The position numbers and the translations under genes are program-made. Below the pieces are notes generated by a model that saw only the letters and a program-made list of their open reading frames with translations, had not been told where the DNA came from and made no database searches. 64,000 bases of DNA from Candidatus Daviesbacteria bacterium (GTDB lineage Bacteria; Patescibacteriota; Microgenomatia; Daviesbacterales; UBA10151): positions 108,647 to 172,646 of the forward strand of contig JAUYKM010000009.1 of NCBI GenBank assembly GCA_030699125.1. The letters run 5' to 3'. Shown in pieces: positions 58,877 through 64,000 of the stretch. Each line of letters starts with the position of its first letter. Position 1 is the first letter of the stretch.

Positions 58877-59950
58877 ATGAATAGAATATTAATTACAGGG
58901 ATAGGAGGATCAGCTGGTTTGGGGTTTGTAAACTCTTTAAAAGATTCAGGAGAAGAATGTTATATTATTGGATGCGACAGTGATAAATATTCCTTAGAAA
59001 GAGCAAAAGCAGATGAAAAATATCTGGTTCCTTTATGTAGAGATAAGAACTATTTAAAAGTCTTAAAAAAAATTATCAGAAAAACTGAGCCCGATTTGAT
59101 CTATTCTCAAGTGGATGTGGAAATTGAAGTCTTATCTGAAAATAGAGAAATTTTTGAAAAAATGGGAGTCAAAACCTTTTGGCCGTCCAAAAAAGTAGTT
59201 AAGATTTGTCAAAACAAGCACCTTTCTTATTTAGCTTGGAAAAAAGCAGGGATGACTGTTCCAAATACAATCCTTATAGATAATGGGGATGATTTAAAAA
59301 AAGCAATCAGGAAATTTGGGTTACCAATATGGATAAGAGAGATTAAGGGAGCTTTTGGGAAAGGATCCCTTCCAGCTAATTCTTTTGAGGAAGCAGCAAT
59401 TTGGATTGATGCTCACAAAGGTTGGGGGAAATTTAGTGCGGCAGAACTTTTAGACGCAGAAAGAATGGTTACTTGGCAGTCAATTTGGTATAAGGGCAAC
59501 TTGATAATTGCTCAAAGTAGAAAAAGACTTTACTGGGAATTTGCTAACAGAGTTCCTTCTGGCGTGACGGGCTTGACGGGTGCGGGAATAACGGTTAAGG
59601 ATAAGTTAGTGGATAAACTAGCCATAAAAGCCATAAAAGCAATAGATAAGAAACCACACGGGATATTTAGTGTTGATTTCACTTATAATAAAAAAGGGAT
59701 TCCTAATCCAACAGAAATAAACATTGGTAGATTTTTCACAACCCACTATTTTTTTACCAAGGCTGGATTAAATATGCCATATATATATGTCAAACTTGCT
59801 CTTAAAGGTGAGATACCTAAAATTAAAAATAAAATAAATCCGCTCAAAGCTGGTCTGGTTTGGATACGCGGACTAGATTTCGAGCCAATTTTAACAACTA
59901 TAGATCATTTAAAATTATATGAAAAAAAGCTAAAAGCGCTTACCGATTAA
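58877..59950 (+). CDS. ATP-grasp (carbamoyl-phosphate-synthase-like) protein
   Basis: ILITGIGG, CQNK, VP.T, G.FG.GS, GIFSVD, TEINIGRF. Confidence 0.8.
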   Translation: MNRILITGIGGSAGLGFVNSLKDSGEECYIIGCDSDKYSLERAKADEKYLVPLCRDKNYLKVLKKIIRKTEPDLIYSQVDVEIEVLSENREIFEKMGVKTFWPSKKVVKICQNKHLSYLAWKKAGMTVPNTILIDNGDDLKKAIRKFGLPIWIREIKGAFGKGSLPANSFEEAAIWIDAHKGWGKFSAAELLDAERMVTWQSIWYKGNLIIAQSRKRLYWEFANRVPSGVTGLTGAGITVKDKLVDKLAIKAIKAIDKKPHGIFSVDFTYNKKGIPNPTEINIGRFFTTHYFFTKAGLNMPYIYVKLALKGEIPKIKNKINPLKAGLVWIRGLDFEPILTTIDHLKLYEKKLKALTD

Positions 59951-59952
59951 TT

Positions 59953-60843
59953 ATGAGAATTATTCTAACAGGAGCAACAGGATTTATTGGAAGTCATCTA
60001 ATACCGCAACTTCTTAATGATAGCGAAATTAAAAAAGTCTTATTATTAATCCGGAATGTTGACAAACTAAATAGGGAATATTTTAAGAATAAAAAGGTAG
60101 AGATATTAGAGATTGATTTACTTAGGGTGAACATACCAAGATTGCCAAAATATGATGTATTGATTCATTTAGCAGATATTATACCTTCCAAAAAGGATGT
60201 AACGAATTTTTCCGATAATATAAGAATTGTAGAAAATATTATTAACAGTATAATTTTAAAAAAGGTTGTCAAAAAAGTAATTTATACCTCCACCTTAGAT
60301 GTTTATGGGAAAATTATTTATTTGCCAGTAGATGAGGTTCATCCTACTAATCCATTAACTTTCTATGGTATTTCCAAATTGGCCAATGAATTATTAATTA
60401 TTAGGGCATCAAGGAATGCCAAGATAAGTTGTATAATATTAAGATTGTCTCAGGTTTATGGACCAAATGAACCTTTAGTAAAAGTGATACCTTTATTTAT
60501 TAAAAAGATAAAAAATAGTGAGGAAATCTCATTAAAAAATAAGGGCAAAATTATTCGTGATTGGGTATACGTCAAAGATGTAGTATCAGCAATTGATAAT
60601 GCTTTATACGCTAACTCCCAAGGCATTTTTAATATAGCCACAGGCAAGGGTTATCCACTTGAGGAATTAATAAAAATTCTAGGTAAACTTGCTAATAACA
60701 AACCTAAAATAATAAAGGAAGCTAACAATAACGAATTAAGACCAAAAATTATTCTAGGTATTGAAAAGGCAAAAAAGTTATTAAATTATCATCCCACTTA
60801 TTTTTTAGAAAAGGGCCTTAAGGATTATTTAGAAAACTTATGA
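59953..60843 (+). CDS. NAD-dependent epimerase/dehydratase
   Basis: TGATGFIG, HLA, ST..VYG, YGISK, R...VYGP, RDWVYVKD. Confidence 0.9.
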   Translation: MRIILTGATGFIGSHLIPQLLNDSEIKKVLLLIRNVDKLNREYFKNKKVEILEIDLLRVNIPRLPKYDVLIHLADIIPSKKDVTNFSDNIRIVENIINSIILKKVVKKVIYTSTLDVYGKIIYLPVDEVHPTNPLTFYGISKLANELLIIRASRNAKISCIILRLSQVYGPNEPLVKVIPLFIKKIKNSEEISLKNKGKIIRDWVYVKDVVSAIDNALYANSQGIFNIATGKGYPLEELIKILGKLANNKPKIIKEANNNELRPKIILGIEKAKKLLNYHPTYFLEKGLKDYLENL

Positions 60844-61466
60844 AAATTTTCTTTGATCTAGATGGGACACTGATAGATGTATCGAAAAGATATTATTTTG
60901 TCCATAAAAAAGCGGCACTAGTTATTGGCAAAAAATCGTTATCTTTTAAAGAATATTGGCAAAAAAAAAGAAAAAAAATTCCAGAGAATAAAATCTTAAA
61001 TATAGATAGCGAGAGTTCTCAATTTAAAGAATATCAGAAAATAAGAATAAATTTGTTAGAAAATTTAGACTATCTGAGTCTAGATACCCCATTTGAAAAT
61101 GTATTTGATACCTTGGTTGCATTGACCAAAAAACATAAGTTGTATCTGATTACCTTGAGAAGGAATGAAAAGAATTTAAATACCCAACTTAAACAACTTA
61201 AACTAAATAAATTTTTCATAAAAATTTTTTCATCTCCTCCGGATAAAGATCTTACAATAACAAAAATAAAAATTATAAAGAACTTGGGATACTCAAAGAA
61301 TGATTTGATTATAGGGGATACGGAAGCTGACACTGAAGCGGCAAAAAAATTAGGTATAAGATCTGTGGCAGTATTTAGCGGAATTAGGACTGAATCTTTT
61401 TTAAAAAAATATCATCCGGATATATTAATTAAAGATGTTTCGCATTTGCTCAAGATCCACTTATGA
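60840..61466 (+). CDS. HAD-superfamily hydrolase (phosphatase)
   Basis: FDLDGTLID, IT.R, K, IGDTEAD. Confidence 0.9.
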   Translation: MKIFFDLDGTLIDVSKRYYFVHKKAALVIGKKSLSFKEYWQKKRKKIPENKILNIDSESSQFKEYQKIRINLLENLDYLSLDTPFENVFDTLVALTKKHKLYLITLRRNEKNLNTQLKQLKLNKFFIKIFSSPPDKDLTITKIKIIKNLGYSKNDLIIGDTEADTEAAKKLGIRSVAVFSGIRTESFLKKYHPDILIKDVSHLLKIHL

Positions 61467-61482
61467 TAATATAAAATTCAGC

Positions 61483-63384
61483 ATGCCTTTTTTAAAAAAT
61501 TCTACCTTTTGGATTTTTACACTATTACTAGTTATTGTATCGGTTATTCAATTTACGATATTTCAGCCATTAATTGAGAATAGCCGTCTAATTAATTTTA
61601 GAGATGATTTATTGTTTCTTTTAATGTACAAAACATTGGATCCTGAGCCTATAAGTCAATTTTGGAATGTTTGGACAAAATACTCCGGTCTACACAACAC
61701 GGCCCATGTGTATCACATTGGAATATTGTCTGAATTTTTAGGTAACAACTATCAATATTATCCAACAGCAAATATTTTATTAAAAATTGTGGCAACTTTA
61801 TCTATTTTTCCTGCGGTAATTGTTATTTTTAAAAACAGATTACTGGCTTTTTTATCCTCCATTCTTTTTAGTATTAGCTCTGCCACTGCCGGTTCGCTTT
61901 TTCGGGTAAGTAATGGAAATGATTACGTAGCATTGACAATAATGAATATTTTCTTTATCAGTTATTATTGGATTTTCGTAAAGCATTCAAAAGGGCTGCT
62001 TGTATTATCAGCTCTTCTTTTTTTTATAGCTTATTTAACATCTCCTGGTAGAATATTTCCACTATTGTTGCTTATTTTTCTAGTTGAAATATTCTGGTTA
62101 TTGAAATTGCGCAATATTAATAATATAGGATTTTCCTTAGTTAGAATAATCTTCTATCTCATTCCAGTTTTTCTAATCTCTATTCCGGCGCCTGTTTCTA
62201 CATGCTGTCCCCTTATCAGTCAATCGCATACGTTACTTAAGGATATTATCAGCGGTAGTTTGTTTAATTTACTTGATCCCTTTGCATCAATTGGATGGAC
62301 AATATTTACCAATGATTACTGGAGATTTTTCGGCATCTTTGATTACAAAAGTTTAACTAATTTTGGTGATTACTTATCCTTCTTACTTAAAGGCCCAACT
62401 TTTATTTTCGGAACCTTGACACTTATATTATCTTTAATTTTAGTTAAAAAGCCACTCAGATTTTTCTTAAAGGTTTTTATTTTTAATTTTACACTTGAGG
62501 TTTTAATATTTTTTATAGCCAACAAGCATCCTACTCTAACAGAAGCGGACACATTCCAGTTACTCTTATTAAGATATCCAACATTGGTAAGCATATATAT
62601 TCTAACTTTAGCTTTGATTATTTTTTTGAGTTGGAGGAAAAATGATCTCAAAAGTGGTGTATCAAACGCTTTATGGGTTGGACCATTTATATCAATAATA
62701 TTTTTATGGCCAATGTGGGTTATAATGGGCCGTTTAATTAATGATTGGCATAGTGTGATTAGATATTTTCTCTGGCCAGCCTTAGGAACCTCTTTATTTG
62801 TGGGAGTAATATTATCTGCATTTTATGAAAGATTAAAAGGTAAAGATTTCCTTAGATACCTTTCAGTAATTATTATTTCTATTATCATCTTTAATTTATA
62901 CTTAAATAACAAAGAGGCCATTCAAAAAGAATTTCTGCCCGAAGGTGCACAGAAAATCAAAGTTACAGATCAGCGAATATTACAGGAGAAATTAGTAAGA
63001 AAATTGGATAGATCTGCTCAGAAAGGTGATCTATTAATTTATTTTGATTTTGAACAATCTGATTTGGGTTCTCAATATTATATTGAAGCCCTTCCTGTAG
63101 AGGCATTAGGAGTTATGCTCCATGTTAATAGAGGAAAGGGAACAAGTGGCTGTATAGCTGGTTTTACTGATCAAAAGGTATTTAAAAGTAGTATTAAAGA
63201 AAAAAATAATGAAATTGGCTTTGAGTACCCAGGGGTTTGTGTTAATGAAGATATAGTAAAAGCGGGTCTCAAAGAGAGTACAGAACCTCATTTCTTCACA
63301 CTTGATAAATTCTATGCGTTTAGTATAGAAAACGGAGATTTTGTGGATGTAAAAACTGATGTTTTAAGGGAATTAGGTATTTAA
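61483..63384 (+). CDS. Polytopic GT-C-like membrane protein
   Basis: RDD loop after TM1, YYP.ANI.LKI.A, SPGR, IRYF.WP..G; paralog of the 55260 gene. The ATG at 61483 follows the HAD stop. Confidence 0.55.
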   Translation: MPFLKNSTFWIFTLLLVIVSVIQFTIFQPLIENSRLINFRDDLLFLLMYKTLDPEPISQFWNVWTKYSGLHNTAHVYHIGILSEFLGNNYQYYPTANILLKIVATLSIFPAVIVIFKNRLLAFLSSILFSISSATAGSLFRVSNGNDYVALTIMNIFFISYYWIFVKHSKGLLVLSALLFFIAYLTSPGRIFPLLLLIFLVEIFWLLKLRNINNIGFSLVRIIFYLIPVFLISIPAPVSTCCPLISQSHTLLKDIISGSLFNLLDPFASIGWTIFTNDYWRFFGIFDYKSLTNFGDYLSFLLKGPTFIFGTLTLILSLILVKKPLRFFLKVFIFNFTLEVLIFFIANKHPTLTEADTFQLLLLRYPTLVSIYILTLALIIFLSWRKNDLKSGVSNALWVGPFISIIFLWPMWVIMGRLINDWHSVIRYFLWPALGTSLFVGVILSAFYERLKGKDFLRYLSVIIISIIIFNLYLNNKEAIQKEFLPEGAQKIKVTDQRILQEKLVRKLDRSAQKGDLLIYFDFEQSDLGSQYYIEALPVEALGVMLHVNRGKGTSGCIAGFTDQKVFKSSIKEKNNEIGFEYPGVCVNEDIVKAGLKESTEPHFFTLDKFYAFSIENGDFVDVKTDVLRELGI

Positions 63385-63385
63385 T

Positions 63386-64000
63386 TTATTTCCTCCTGAA
63401 TTTTGAATTTGATTTAACAACTTGTTGTAATAGTGTAGGAGTATATCCAAATTTCTGGGCTGTTTTTATAAGAGCAGAAAGGTCTTTTGGTAAGCATCTT
63501 CCCCCAAAACCTCTATTTTGGGGAAATACCCCACTATGAGATTTGTCTACCCTTGGATCAAGGGCCCAACCTTCCCAAACTTTATACCAATTTGCCCCGA
63601 GTTTCCTACATATTTCGAACATCTCATTTACGAAGGTAACTTTAGTTGCTAGATAGGCATTCTCCATATATTTAATAAGTTCTGCCTCTTTTGCATTGCA
63701 AATATAATATTTTTTATATGGTCCTAAAATAGGAATGAAATAATCCATAATTTCTGTTGCATCTTTCTCTTCTCCTCCAATAATAAGGTATGGCCAATCC
63801 TTTGCAGACGACCATTCTTTAGGAATCCAATAAGAAAACTCTCCAAAATATTCAGGAGACATACAAATTCTTTTTTTATACCTTTTTCTCAATCGATCTG
63901 TTGTCCCAGGTTCTACCGTAGACTTGATTAAAATAAGAGGAGTTTTCAACCATTTAACAGATGATTCAACAGCGGAGACATCACAGCTGCCATCCTTATT
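63386..64000 (-). CDS. UDP-glucose/GDP-mannose 6-dehydrogenase family protein (5' partial, short form)
   Basis: The frame is open to the window end (NKDGSCDVSAV...). KSTVEPGTT, SPEY, AELIKY..N..LA.KV.F.NE, DPR, GFGG.CLPKD. Confidence 0.85.
   Translation of the reverse strand, partial: NKDGSCDVSAVESSVKWLKTPLILIKSTVEPGTTDRLRKRYKKRICMSPEYFGEFSYWIPKEWSSAKDWPYLIIGGEEKDATEIMDYFIPILGPYKKYYICNAKEAELIKYMENAYLATKVTFVNEMFEICRKLGANWYKVWEGWALDPRVDKSHSGVFPQNRGFGGRCLPKDLSALIKTAQKFGYTPTLLQQVVKSNSKFRRK

Noticed and set aside
59620-59641. Short tandem GCCATAAAA repeat coding AIKAIKA
   Set aside because: Only about two copies in AT-rich coding DNA; no sign of a functional array.
35-63291. Numerous 60-130 aa ORFs nested in or antisense to long genes
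   Set aside because: Fully overlapped by confident CDSs. Their Lys/Ile/Asn-rich composition is what the antisense of T-rich membrane-protein genes gives.
1-64000. Poly-A/T tracts as phase-variation sites; CRISPR, DGR, IS or RNA genes
   Set aside because: Homopolymers of up to about 9-10 nt are expected at this AT content and all genes are in frame. I saw no spaced repeats, reverse transcriptase, transposase, integrase or structural RNA.

Overview
AT-rich, very gene-dense bacterial DNA made up almost entirely of one cell-surface glycosylation locus that runs off both ends of the window. By motif reading it holds about 24 polytopic GT-C-fold (lipid-linked-sugar-dependent) glycosyltransferase-like proteins in at least seven subfamilies: ArnT/PMT-like, PF10131-like, YfhO, GT87-like, GT76/PIG-V-like, an 'HDGxWH' family and a paired unclassified family. 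It also holds 7 GT2 and 3 GT4 soluble glycosyltransferases, 2 Wzx-type flippases, nucleotide-sugar enzymes (a GDP-mannose 3,5-epimerase-like SDR, two other SDRs, two dehydrogenases, a Gfo/Idh/MocA oxidoreductase), an ATP-grasp protein, a HAD hydrolase, a methyltransferase and several unknown proteins. Translational coupling, apparently leaderless promoters, scarce Shine-Dalgarno sites and the protein style suggest a CPR/Patescibacteria (Microgenomates-like) genome; this is inference. I saw no rRNA, tRNA, CRISPR array or transposase. All family assignments come from recognising motifs by eye, not from database searches.
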